Source: Planctomycetota bacterium (GTDB lineage Bacteria; Planctomycetota; Planctomycetia; Gemmatales; Gemmataceae). Taken from it: 64,000 nt of DNA. Position numbers and translations under genes: made by a program. The notes below the pieces were generated by a model. It had not been told where the DNA came from, made no database searches, and saw only the letters and a program-made list of their open reading frames with translations. The stretch's first letter is position 1; every line of letters begins with the position of its first letter. Positions 1-8,521 of this stretch are shown piece after piece. Location: the NCBI GenBank assembly GCA_021325115.1, contig JAJPHU010000126.1, positions 3,066-67,065 of the forward strand, in the 5' to 3' direction.

Positions 1-138
1 AGGCACGGCGCTTCAAGGGGCTTTCTATCGGTCGCCGAACGGGTCCAGGGTGTGACAACAATATGATGGTAAGCAAGATCAAGATGGTCTTGGTAAAGGG
101 CAGGCGAATGAGAGGCGGCGGGAAAAAATGTTAGCGAA

Positions 139-423
139 ATGGCCTCGGCCGAGAACTATTATACAGGAGACAACCTGTTCTCGATCCGGAGAAGCGGTTG
201 GAAAGGCGGTCCCCAGGCGAGCATTGATCGCTTGCTCAGCGGCAAGACGCGCGAGGGCGTGTCGGCGGACTTTGAGCGTGTGGCGGGGCTGTTGGCCGAT
301 GCCGCCGTCAGCGCCGGCGATCTGGCGCGGCTGAAAGCGTGGTGGGTCTATCGCATGTTGTTCGGCTCCGATCTGCTGGGCGAACGACGGACATTTTTAC
401 TATACCTCGCAGGGTGGTTATGA
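139..423 (+). pseudogene. DUF1800-family N-terminal fragment (truncated)
   Basis: The ORF reads ...ASIDRLL...LKAWWVYRMLFGSDLLGER and then terminates. This matches the N-terminal part of DUF1800 proteins up to where the conserved LTLFWHNHF motif normally follows. No continuation exists in any frame before the convergent gene ending at 568. Confidence 0.4.
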
Positions 424-567
424 CACACACGCGGCCCAGCTATTTACTCATGCCAATGCATTTATGCGACGATCCTGGAAGATTGGCTGGGTGTGCCCTC
501 GAAAGGCGCTGGGCGGTGTGTTTGAGCGCTTACCGTTATTTTATAGCTGAGGTGGTGGTGAAGTACA

Positions 568-1494
568 TCAAAAATCCGGAATCGGTTGCCCATCGGAAAT
601 ATTGGCCAGCAGGGCCAGGGTGTTGGGGTCCGCGCTGTTGGCGATGGTGCGCACGCTGCCGTCGCCAAAGAGAAACTGACAGACACCCGTGTGATAGCCG
701 CCGAAGCCGATGACGGCATCGGTCGGCTTCTGAGCGATGGGATAATTGGGTCCGACCGAGCGGCTGGAGCACATCCAGTAGTCGCCGTTATACAGTGAAC
801 AATCAAGCACGCCGCAGCCAAAATAGCCGATTAGGACATGTTTATCGCCGACAAAAATCGTGTTGCTGAGTCCGTCGCTGATGTCCGTCAAGGAGAGATA
901 GCCAAGCGGTTGGCCATATTGGTTCATGGCAGCGCGAAAAGCGCCGTTGTAAACGTGACCGTCACAGTCGCAGCCATCGCAGTTATCGGTGCCGGTGCAA
1001 GTGGCGTAGTCACCCAGCGCTCCCGGAACGAACGGCCCCAGCGTTGGACCGATGTCGTCGTTCTGATCGCCCGAGATGCTGTGGCCGGGAGGACTTTGTG
1101 CTGTGCGCCGCGACGGACAAAAGTAGGTCGGCACCGGCGTCAATCGGGCAACATCGGATTGGTCATAGTAGACTTTGGAGATGTCCCATTGAGCATATAG
1201 ATTGCCCTGTTCGATGTAGGGGAGGATCAGCACGGCCCAGGTGGCGTGCAGGTCGCTAAGCCGATTGGGCGGTAGATTGCCGTAGTTATCGTGGTACAGG
1301 GTGATGGCCAGGCCGATCTGGTGAAGATTGTTGCTGCAGCTGGTGCGGGCCGCGGCCTCGCGTACTTTCTGCACTGCCGGCAATAAAAGCGCCATCAGAA
1401 TCGAGATGATGCCAATGACCACCAACAATTCAATGAGCGTGAAGCCGCTGCGCCGCCGCGCCGTTGCTCGCATTTCCATGACAGACCTCACCAT
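568..1494 (-). CDS. DUF1559 domain protein with prepilin-type N-terminal cleavage/methylation motif
   Basis: The N-terminus is [38 protein letters not shown], followed by a DUF1559-like body ([18 protein letters not shown] ... FLFGDGSVR). This is a typical planctomycete pseudopilin-like family. The true start may be the Met at 1479 or 1473. Confidence 0.9.
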   Translation of the reverse strand: MVRSVMEMRATARRRSGFTLIELLVVIGIISILMALLLPAVQKVREAAARTSCSNNLHQIGLAITLYHDNYGNLPPNRLSDLHATWAVLILPYIEQGNLYAQWDISKVYYDQSDVARLTPVPTYFCPSRRTAQSPPGHSISGDQNDDIGPTLGPFVPGALGDYATCTGTDNCDGCDCDGHVYNGAFRAAMNQYGQPLGYLSLTDISDGLSNTIFVGDKHVLIGYFGCGVLDCSLYNGDYWMCSSRSVGPNYPIAQKPTDAVIGFGGYHTGVCQFLFGDGSVRTIANSADPNTLALLANISDGQPIPDF

Positions 1495-1509
1495 CAGGTA
1501 TCGGGGGCT

Positions 1510-2343
1510 CTACAGGCCACTGATCATGCTTCGGGGGATTTGAAAACGGAACTCGCCAGCCAGGCCGAAAGCGGAGGCTGGCAACATCAGCCGCAGATAG
1601 GAGGCATCCCTTGCCGGGACGGGATAGACCAGCACTTCTTTCACTTGATGCCCTGGATTGAGAGCATCTACGTCTGCCCGGCCAGCCACTTTCCAACCAG
1701 GCTCCAATGTCTTCTGGGTGTAGATGCGGCCCTGATCATCGACCAGCGTGGGCGGATGCTTGGAAGGCGAATCGACGAGGTCGGCCCACGGCTCATAGGG
1801 CGTCTGTTGAAAAACGACCCCTTCGTAGCTGACCCGCAAACGGATCGTAAGAAAGCGTCCCGCCGATGTCGTGGCCGAGGATTTCCCTTTTAGGTCCACC
1901 GGGCCGACGCGGGCCGACACGATTTCCACACGCACATCGCCGCGCTTCAAAGCATTGGTGGAAGCGTCCACCCATTCGTTCTCACCGAGGGGCTGGTAAG
2001 CAGCCATCCCTTGTTGCTTAAGAGGGATCTTCATCAGCGCAGGAGGCGGAGAGGAAACATTTGGCCAACTTCCCGCGAAAAGTAGTACGAGAAAGCACAG
2101 GACCGACAGGACCAAAGGAAGAACGGTATTCTTTCTACGCCACAGCGCCGGCAACACGCCGCCTAGCAAACCCGCCAACACTCCCAGGAGGGCTATCGGC
2201 TTGATGAAAAGTTCCAATGGATAAAACGACGTGAATAGCAACGCCACGCCAAAACAGAGAAAAGCCAGGGCCGAGCCGAAATCAATGGCGCGTACACGGT
2301 CAAGCAGGGAAGGCGGACTTTCCGCCATAGTAATCATCCGCAT
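1510..2343 (-). CDS. hypothetical membrane protein (3-4 N-terminal TM helices plus a beta-rich extracytoplasmic domain)
   Basis: 277-aa ORF immediately upstream of, and co-oriented with, the DUF1559 gene (15-nt gap). It has hydrophobic N-terminal segments. I recognise no family. Confidence 0.6.
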   Translation of the reverse strand: MRMITMAESPPSLLDRVRAIDFGSALAFLCFGVALLFTSFYPLELFIKPIALLGVLAGLLGGVLPALWRRKNTVLPLVLSVLCFLVLLFAGSWPNVSSPPPALMKIPLKQQGMAAYQPLGENEWVDASTNALKRGDVRVEIVSARVGPVDLKGKSSATTSAGRFLTIRLRVSYEGVVFQQTPYEPWADLVDSPSKHPPTLVDDQGRIYTQKTLEPGWKVAGRADVDALNPGHQVKEVLVYPVPARDASYLRLMLPASAFGLAGEFRFQIPRSMISGL

Positions 2344-2606
2344 CGAAGGCCAATCCGAGCAGCCTCCCTACCTCCTGCGGAACCGATCTCCTTGAAGTTT
2401 TTGATTCTACCTGTCGGGGGGGACCGTCGCAATGCTTTTTCCCGCCACGGATGGGTCTCTCGAAGTAGGCGAACGACTGGCGTTAGCCGGCCGTTCGCCA
2501 GCAAATGCCTACTTCGGGAGGCATACCTCTCTGCAAGGGGCGATTCCTTGAAATTTATCGCTAAAACATCCCATGTGCCATCGCTCACGTGGAGGGACAT
2601 TGGGTT

Positions 2607-4136
2607 ATGTTGCCTGAGTTGACCCCGGCTGTTGCACGCGTCTTGGAGGCGGCCCAGCTTCACGCCTGTCTTCTGGGCTTGTCCGAAGTGCTGCCCATCC
2701 ATCTGTTGCACGCTTTGCTGGCGGAGGAAGAAGGGCGGGCCTGCTCATTAGCAGTCGCCGCCGGACTGGACGCCGCTGCTTTTCGCCGAGCCGGAAGCGT
2801 TCGCGACGGGGGGATAGTGTCTGTCGCGAACGCTTCCGGCTCGGTGTTACCGCTGCATCCGCGCACGCGCTCGGCCCTTTTCACTGCGCGCGATCTGGCC
2901 CGCGAATTGTCCGGCGAAAGCACCGTCGCCAGCGATGCGCTGCTTCTGGCCCTGCTTCGCAGCGATGAAACACTGCCTGCCGAGTTGGAATCGTTCGGTC
3001 TGTGTGTCGCCAAGTTGGAATCCATTCTGCTGGCACAACGTCAGCCGCCGCCAAAATTGGAGCAACCCCTGTATCTGGACACCAACACTGAGCGCATGGA
3101 TGCGGCCCGCCTTCTCGATGCCTGTACCAACCGCGCCCGCGAAGGACTACGCGTCCTGGAGGATTATTGCCGTTTTATCCTCGATGATGCCTTTTTATGC
3201 CGTACCTTGAAGGAACTGCGACACGATCTGACGGCGGCCTTGGCCGAGCTATCTCCGAGCCTATTTCTGGAAGCGCGTGATACTCAGCACGATGTCGGCG
3301 TTGGGTTGTCCACGCCGTCAGAGCAGCAACGCACTTCGTTGTGCGATGTGGTGCAAGCCAATTGCAAACGTCTGCAAGAAGCGCTGCGCAGCTTGGAGGA
3401 ATACGGCAAGATCTACAGTCCGGATCTGGGAGAGGCGCTTGAGCAGTTGCGTTACCGCACCTATACGCTGGAGCGTGCCCTGGTCCTCGGCATCAACGCC
3501 CGCCAGCGTCTGCAAGGGGTGCGATTGTACGTGTTGCTGACCGGCTCGAAATGCGTGGCTACGTTAGATTGGATCATTGCCGAGACCGCCGCTGGTGGAG
3601 CGGGCATCGTGCAGCTGCGCGAAAAAGACAAAAGCGATCGTGAATTGCTCGAACGTGCCCGCCAGGTGCGGCAGTGGACGCGGCAAGCCGGCGTCTTGTT
3701 TATCGTTAACGATCGCGCTGACATCGCTCGCCTGGCCGAGGCCGATGGTGTACACCTGGGTCAAGACGATTTGCCGGTTCGGGAGGCGCGGCGCATCCTC
3801 GGTCCCGATGCGCTAATCGGCGTCAGCACACACAACATGGAACAGCTGCGGCAAGCGATCCTTGACGGCGCCAGCTACGTTGGCATCGGCCCAACATTCC
3901 CCTCTGGTACCAAAGATTTCGCGGAGTTAGCAGGTCTGGAATTCGTGCGTCAAGCAATGGCCGAGACGACGCTGCCTGCCTTCGTCATCGGCGGCGTCAA
4001 CCCACAAACCGTCGGCGCTGCCGTCGCCGCTGGAGCACGGCGTGTCGCCGTCAGCAGTGCCATCGCCACTGCCGAAGATCCACGTGCTGTCTGCGCGACC
4101 TTGCTTGCCGCGTTGCCCGCCCTGCCCGAATCCTGA
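2607..4136 (+). CDS. thiE: thiamine-phosphate synthase with N-terminal Clp_N-like repeats (three-part fusion)
   Basis: The C-terminal ~210 aa is clear ThiE (VLLTG...GAGIVQLREKD...FIVNDRADIA...DGVHLGQDDLP...IGVSTH...YVGIGPTFPSGTK...FVIGGV). Residues 1-150 show two Clp_N-type repeats (LTPAVARVLEAAQLHA...IHLLHALLAEEEG; LHPRTRSALFTARDLA...DALLLALL). ATG 2607 follows GGAGGGA at 2591-2597. Confidence 0.85.
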   Translation: MLPELTPAVARVLEAAQLHACLLGLSEVLPIHLLHALLAEEEGRACSLAVAAGLDAAAFRRAGSVRDGGIVSVANASGSVLPLHPRTRSALFTARDLARELSGESTVASDALLLALLRSDETLPAELESFGLCVAKLESILLAQRQPPPKLEQPLYLDTNTERMDAARLLDACTNRAREGLRVLEDYCRFILDDAFLCRTLKELRHDLTAALAELSPSLFLEARDTQHDVGVGLSTPSEQQRTSLCDVVQANCKRLQEALRSLEEYGKIYSPDLGEALEQLRYRTYTLERALVLGINARQRLQGVRLYVLLTGSKCVATLDWIIAETAAGGAGIVQLREKDKSDRELLERARQVRQWTRQAGVLFIVNDRADIARLAEADGVHLGQDDLPVREARRILGPDALIGVSTHNMEQLRQAILDGASYVGIGPTFPSGTKDFAELAGLEFVRQAMAETTLPAFVIGGVNPQTVGAAVAAGARRVAVSSAIATAEDPRAVCATLLAALPALPES

Positions 4137-4290
4137 TCTCTTCCGCTTCGGCTTGCGGGCGCGGCTGGTTGGCTGGCGGTCAACGGTTCCAAATACGGAC
4201 GGATCTGCTCCGGCGACAAGTCTGCCAAGCGCTCCTCCAGTGGCAACGATTGGAAGACTTCCTGACGCATTTCAGAACCTGTGTACAAAG

Positions 4291-5265
4291 CTATCTACGC
4301 CCCTGCCGGCGAAAATGCCAGAGCAGGCAAGTCGTCAGGACGCCGGTACCCAGGATCAGTAACAACAACGCAAGTCTGTGCATACGGTGATCCGGCGTGG
4401 GCGGATGACTGGTCGAGGACGGTTCTTTGTTCGCGGGTTCTCCAAACGAGGACAGATGCTCCTCGGTAGATTCGGTGTGTTCAATGTGCGAGGCCACCTG
4501 CGGGCCGATCAGCGGCACTTCCGCTGGATCGCCGGTGGAGACTGGATGGCGCAGGAATAGCCAGAGCAAATAAGCCACGACCAGGCCGACTGCCACGATG
4601 ATGAGGATCGGTTTGAGCCGTGCCTCAACCCCTACAATCAGCGTCTTGACCGAATCGCCCAGCCAGAAACCGAGGAAAAAGAAGAAGCTGTTGCCGACAA
4701 CCGCGCCAAGCCCGTCAGCGAGCAGAAAACGCGGCAAGGGGAGGTGCATAGAGCCGGCCGTCAGGAATAACGGCGCGCGGATGCCAGGTACAAGCCGGCC
4801 GAATACCAAGATGCTGACACCGTAGCGGTGGAAGTTCTCTTCGGTACGCTGGCGGCGCTGGGGCGGCATCAAATGGGCTATCCAGCGGTGTCTTAGCAAT
4901 CGATCGCCGAGATACCGCCCGCTGGCGTACAGCAAGACATCACTACAGATCACGCCGACAATGCATACCGGCAGCAAGATCCACCAGCGGACATGGATCG
5001 TGTCAGGCGGACTGGTCTTGAAGGCTGGCGCCGCGCGATCGAGAGCAACCCAGGGCAGGCCGCCAATCGAACCGGCGTTCGGATCAACGGCCAACAAAGC
5101 GGCCACGTCTTGCGGCTTTAGTTCATAAGGAGGGGGTGGTAATTGACCCGCCAGCACACCGGCGCCGCTAATTACCAGCTCTTCAGGCGCCGGAAAACCC
5201 AGACCTGCGGCCACCAGGGTGACAAAAAAGCCCAGGTAGATCCACAATTCGCCTACGGATACCAC
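4291..5265 (-). CDS. DedA/SNARE-associated (VTT) family membrane protein with extended C-terminus
   Basis: The core matches the DedA family: LLYASGRYLGDRLL...HRYGVSILVFGRLVPGIRAPLFLTAGSMHLPLPRFLLADGLGAVV. An extra Ser/Pro-rich tail and a terminal TM helix follow. Confidence 0.8.
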   Translation of the reverse strand: MVSVGELWIYLGFFVTLVAAGLGFPAPEELVISGAGVLAGQLPPPPYELKPQDVAALLAVDPNAGSIGGLPWVALDRAAPAFKTSPPDTIHVRWWILLPVCIVGVICSDVLLYASGRYLGDRLLRHRWIAHLMPPQRRQRTEENFHRYGVSILVFGRLVPGIRAPLFLTAGSMHLPLPRFLLADGLGAVVGNSFFFFLGFWLGDSVKTLIVGVEARLKPILIIVAVGLVVAYLLWLFLRHPVSTGDPAEVPLIGPQVASHIEHTESTEEHLSSFGEPANKEPSSTSHPPTPDHRMHRLALLLLILGTGVLTTCLLWHFRRQGRR

Positions 5266-5394
5266 GCCGTCCCTCCGCTTTTAGGGTTTGTCTCCCAGCC
5301 CGCAGCGCAAGGGAAGGGTTTACTTTTGCTTGCGCTGGGGGCTGGGAGGTTTTGTCCTATCCTATACCCTAAACTCTAAACTCTAAACCCGAAA

Positions 5395-6231
5395 ATGAGC
5401 TGCAGCACCATGAAACTCGGATTGATCAACTCCGCCTGGGCACAAGCCGGATGCGATACCGCCTTTGGCATTCGCATGACCAAGGAGATCGGCTTCGACA
5501 CTATCGATATCTTCGCCGATCCGCTCGACCTCGATGTCCGCGAGCGATGCCTCATCCGCCGTGAATGCGAACGCGTCGGCCTGCCCATCGTCAGCCTTGC
5601 TTGCGTCGCCGTCGGACTTCTCGACTTTAATCCTAGCGTGCAGCGTTTCCATCTTGAACGCTGCCGCCGCTATCTCGACTTAGCTTACGAATATGAGGCC
5701 AAAAATCTGTTGCTGGTGCTAGGTGAGTACATTTGGGAACGCCAGGTCATTGCCCCGGCCGAGCAGTGGCAAACCGGCGTCCGCAACGTCCGCGAGTTGG
5801 GCAAATATGCCGCCGATCTCGGCTTGCAGATCGCCCTGGAGTTGGAGCCGTTCAAGCTCTCGCTCATCAACAATGTCGACACGATGCTGCGTTTCCTGCA
5901 CGATGTCGCTCATCCTGCCGTGCGGGCCAATATTGACATATCGCACTTGCACTTATCGGGCACGGCGGCAGAGGAGCTACAGCGTCTGAAGGGCTTGGCA
6001 ACGCACGTGCATTTGAGCGATTGCGACGGCAAAGTCCACGGCGACCTGCCGCCTGGCCGCGGCGTCGTCGCTTTTCTGCCGTATCTGCGCGAAATCAAGA
6101 ATCTGGCCATCGATGGCGCAATCAGCATCGAGTTGGAGTATTCACCGCAGCCGGAGCGTATCGTCGATTGGGTGCGCGAAGCCTACGAGGCGACGGATCG
6201 GCTGATGCGCCAGGTCGGCTTGCGCGATTAA
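5395..6231 (+). CDS. sugar phosphate isomerase/epimerase (xylose-isomerase-like TIM barrel)
   Basis: 278-aa ORF with the pattern of the AP-endonuclease-2/xylose-isomerase-like fold (...LALELEP..., ...ANIDISHLHL..., HVHLSDCDG..HGDLPPGRG). An alternative start is the Met at 5410. Confidence 0.75.
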   Translation: MSCSTMKLGLINSAWAQAGCDTAFGIRMTKEIGFDTIDIFADPLDLDVRERCLIRRECERVGLPIVSLACVAVGLLDFNPSVQRFHLERCRRYLDLAYEYEAKNLLLVLGEYIWERQVIAPAEQWQTGVRNVRELGKYAADLGLQIALELEPFKLSLINNVDTMLRFLHDVAHPAVRANIDISHLHLSGTAAEELQRLKGLATHVHLSDCDGKVHGDLPPGRGVVAFLPYLREIKNLAIDGAISIELEYSPQPERIVDWVREAYEATDRLMRQVGLRD

Positions 6232-6280
6232 TGGAGACGAACTTGCTCACGACGAAGTTGGTCTGTACAGTGAAAACCAT

Positions 6281-6586
6281 GCTGGAGTGGCGGAAACGGC
6301 AGACGCATCGGACTTGAGAAATTGAGCACCGGAGCAGGAAACTCTCCGCGTGAATTCAGTCGAAGTCGGGGAAACCGCAGCACGTCCGAAGATGGTGGCG
6401 GCAATCCCGAGCCAAGCTCCGGTCAGGTCCGGAGAAGGTGTAGAGACTTGGCGGCTGAGGCCTACCGGGAATACCTATGGCCAAGGGAAAGTCCAGACCA
6501 CAAACCGTAAGGGTGGCGAAAGCCATAGTGGTACGAAAATCCGAAGGGACGAAAGTCCCGTGAGGGTTCGAGTCCCTCCTCCAGCA
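6281..6586 (+). tRNA. tRNA-Leu(UAA) interrupted by a group I intron (exons 6281..6315 and 6536..6586)
   Basis: The exons fold as a type-II tRNA. Acceptor GCTGGAG/CTCCAGC; D arm TGGCGGAAACGGCAGACGC; anticodon stem TCGGA/TCCGA; anticodon loop CTT|AAAA (UAA). Long variable arm GGGAC-GAAA-GTCCC; T arm GAGGG-TTCGAGT-CCCTC; discriminator A; CCA not encoded. Confidence 0.9.
6316..6535 (+). ncRNA. group I self-splicing intron, IC3-like, in the tRNA-Leu anticodon loop
   Basis: 220 nt inserted between U34 and A35. P1 has a U.G pair (cttGA / TTGAG). Conserved blocks resemble the Anabaena tRNA-Leu intron as I recall it: AATTGAGC, GGGGAAACC, GGCAATCCCGAGCCAAGC, AGAAGGTGTAGAGACT, AAAGTCCAGACC, GGCGAAAGCC. 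It ends in G and contains no internal ORF. Confidence 0.85.
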
Positions 6587-6624
6587 TCTTGAGTAACAAA
6601 GTCGAACAACAAGGAGTGAAACAC

Positions 6625-8430
6625 GTGGCGGAGTGGCAGCGCACGCACACCTGCGGTGAATTGCGGCAAACACACATCGGACAGACGGTCGTACTCAACG
6701 GCTGGGTCAACAGTTACCGGGCCTACAACGATCAAGTTTTTGTTGATCTGCGCGATCGCTATGGGCTAACTCAGGTGGTCTTCGAATCCGATCAAGCCGA
6801 ATTGTTTGCTGCCGCTGGCGACATCCGCAACGAATGGGTACTGTCGGTGCGGGGCAAGGTGCGCGAACGTCTGCCGGGCAAGCACAATCCGAAGCTGGCC
6901 ACTGGCGACATCGAACTGGTGGCCGATGCACTGCATATCCTCAACCGTTGTCCGCCGCCGCCGTTCGAGGTCATGTCCATACCGTTGGAGACAGGCTTCG
7001 GTGATCCCGAATTGGCCGGCGAAGATCTGCGCTTGCAATATCGCTATCTCGATCTGCGTCGGCCCACACTGCAACGCACGCTCAGCTTGCGTCATCGTCT
7101 CAACAAAGTCATCCGTGATTACCTCGACTTTCAGGGATTTCTGGAGTTAGAAACGCCCCTATTGGGGCGCAGCACGCCGGAAGGCGCCCGTGATTATCTG
7201 GTGCCCAGTCGTATTTGGCGCGACGAAAAGACAGGCCGACCGCACTGGTATGCTCTGCCGCAGTCGCCGCAGCTATACAAACAGCTCCTCATGGTGGCTG
7301 GCTACGATAAATATTTTCAAATCGCCCGTTGTCTGCGCGATGAGGACTTGCGCGCCGATCGGCAGCCGGAGTTCACGCAGCTCGACCTGGAAATGTCCTT
7401 TGTCGAAGTGAACGACGTGCTGGTGCTCATCGAGGGACTGATCGCCGAGATCTTCCAGCGCTGCGCCGGTGTGACGATTCCCTTGCCGTTGCCCCGACTG
7501 GGTTACGAAGAAGTTATGCTCAAGTACGGCAGCGACAAGCCGGATTGGCGTTTTGGCCTGGAGATCGCTGAGTTGAGCGACCTGGCAACACAGACGACCT
7601 TCAAGATCTTTCAAGAGGCCATTTCTTCCGGCGGCAAAGTGCGCGGCCTGAATGTTGTCGGCGGCGCAGAGAAGTTTTCGCGCAAGGGAATCGACCAATT
7701 GACCGAATTCGTCGGCCGGCTGGGGGCGAAGGGATTGGCCTGGATCAAGGTCGAGGCTGACAAGTTTACGTCGCCGATCGAGAAGTTTCTACCAGCAGAC
7801 GCACAGGCAGCGCTGCGGCAGCGGCTGAAGGCAGGCACCGGCGATCTGCTGCTGATCGTTGCTGGCCAAGAAGAGATCGTTTGCCAAAGTCTCGGTGCCT
7901 TGCGCACACACCTGGCAACCACGCTGGGGCTGATCGATTCGGCGCGGCGCGACTTCCAAGCGGCCTGGATTATCGATTTTCCTTCGTTTATTTGGGACGC
8001 GGAGGAAAAGCGCTGGGCAGCCAATCACCACCCGTTCACGGCGCCACGCGATGAGGATCTGCCCCTGCTGGAAAGCGAGCCAGCGAAGGTACGGGCCAAG
8101 GCATATGATCTGGTCATCAATGGATACGAAGTAGGCGGCGGCAGCATTCGTATTCACAATCCGGAAGTACAGGCGCGTATCTTCGCCGTGCTCGGCATGG
8201 CACCGGAGCAAGCACGACAGCGTTTCGGCTTCCTGCTCGATGCGCTCAAATACGGTGCTCCGCCGCACGGCGGCATCGCTCTGGGGCTCGACCGTCTGAC
8301 CATGATTCTTTCAGGCACAACGAACATCCGCGATGTCATCGCCTTCCCGAAGAACCAGAAAGCCCGTGATCTGATGACAGGAGCACCCGCTGCGGTGGAT
8401 CCGAAGCAGCTACGTGAGTTGGGACTGTGA
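6625..8430 (+). CDS. aspS: aspartate--tRNA ligase
   Basis: Full-length bacterial AspRS: an OB-fold N-terminus (TCGELR...VVLNGWV), class II motifs (FQIARCLRDEDLRADRQPEFTQLD; GGGSIRIH; GIALGLDRL) and the GAD insertion. GTG 6625 sits 8 nt after AAGGAG (6611-6616). The TTG at 6589 in the ORF track would abut the tRNA. Confidence 0.95.
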   Translation: MAEWQRTHTCGELRQTHIGQTVVLNGWVNSYRAYNDQVFVDLRDRYGLTQVVFESDQAELFAAAGDIRNEWVLSVRGKVRERLPGKHNPKLATGDIELVADALHILNRCPPPPFEVMSIPLETGFGDPELAGEDLRLQYRYLDLRRPTLQRTLSLRHRLNKVIRDYLDFQGFLELETPLLGRSTPEGARDYLVPSRIWRDEKTGRPHWYALPQSPQLYKQLLMVAGYDKYFQIARCLRDEDLRADRQPEFTQLDLEMSFVEVNDVLVLIEGLIAEIFQRCAGVTIPLPLPRLGYEEVMLKYGSDKPDWRFGLEIAELSDLATQTTFKIFQEAISSGGKVRGLNVVGGAEKFSRKGIDQLTEFVGRLGAKGLAWIKVEADKFTSPIEKFLPADAQAALRQRLKAGTGDLLLIVAGQEEIVCQSLGALRTHLATTLGLIDSARRDFQAAWIIDFPSFIWDAEEKRWAANHHPFTAPRDEDLPLLESEPAKVRAKAYDLVINGYEVGGGSIRIHNPEVQARIFAVLGMAPEQARQRFGFLLDALKYGAPPHGGIALGLDRLTMILSGTTNIRDVIAFPKNQKARDLMTGAPAAVDPKQLRELGL

Positions 8431-8458
8431 AAGAACAAGCTGGAAACTGTGAAAAAAT

Positions 8459-8509
8459 GAGCCGGAAGCGTAAGCGACAGCTTGGTCCCGTCACTTACGC
8501 TTCTGGCTC
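8459..8509. terminator. 20-bp imperfect inverted repeat between convergent genes
   Basis: GAGCCGGAAGCGTAAGCGAC ... GTCACTTACGCTTCTGGCTC, with 2 mismatches and an 11-nt loop. It lies between the aspS stop (8430) and the stop of the minus-strand gene (8522). There is no clear U-tract. Confidence 0.5.
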
Positions 8510-8521
8510 ACTAGCTTCTAC

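Noticed and set aside
3950-4288. 112-aa minus-strand ORF starting just after the DedA stop. Its N-terminus (…SLPLEERLADLSPEQIRPYLE…) resembles repeats seen in some transposase-associated proteins.
   Set aside because: Two thirds of it is antisense to the well-supported thiE 3' end. Only ~50 aa would be unique. There is no RBS and the similarity is anecdotal.
5355-5392. Telomere-like tandem CCCTAAACTCTAAACTCTAAACCC upstream of the isomerase gene.
   Set aside because: There are only ~3 short imperfect units in an intergenic region, with no further copies in the window. It is most simply a local slippage duplication.
6589-6624. TTG start at 6589 for aspS, as in the ORF track.
   Set aside because: It would begin 3 nt after the tRNA 3' end. 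GTG 6625 has an AAGGAG Shine-Dalgarno 8 nt upstream, and the conserved AspRS N-terminus starts there.
6322-6735. Several 60-105-aa ORFs on both strands across 6322-6735.
   Set aside because: They overlap the tRNA-Leu exons and the group I intron, whose RNA structure explains the sequence. They have no RBS and no protein similarity.
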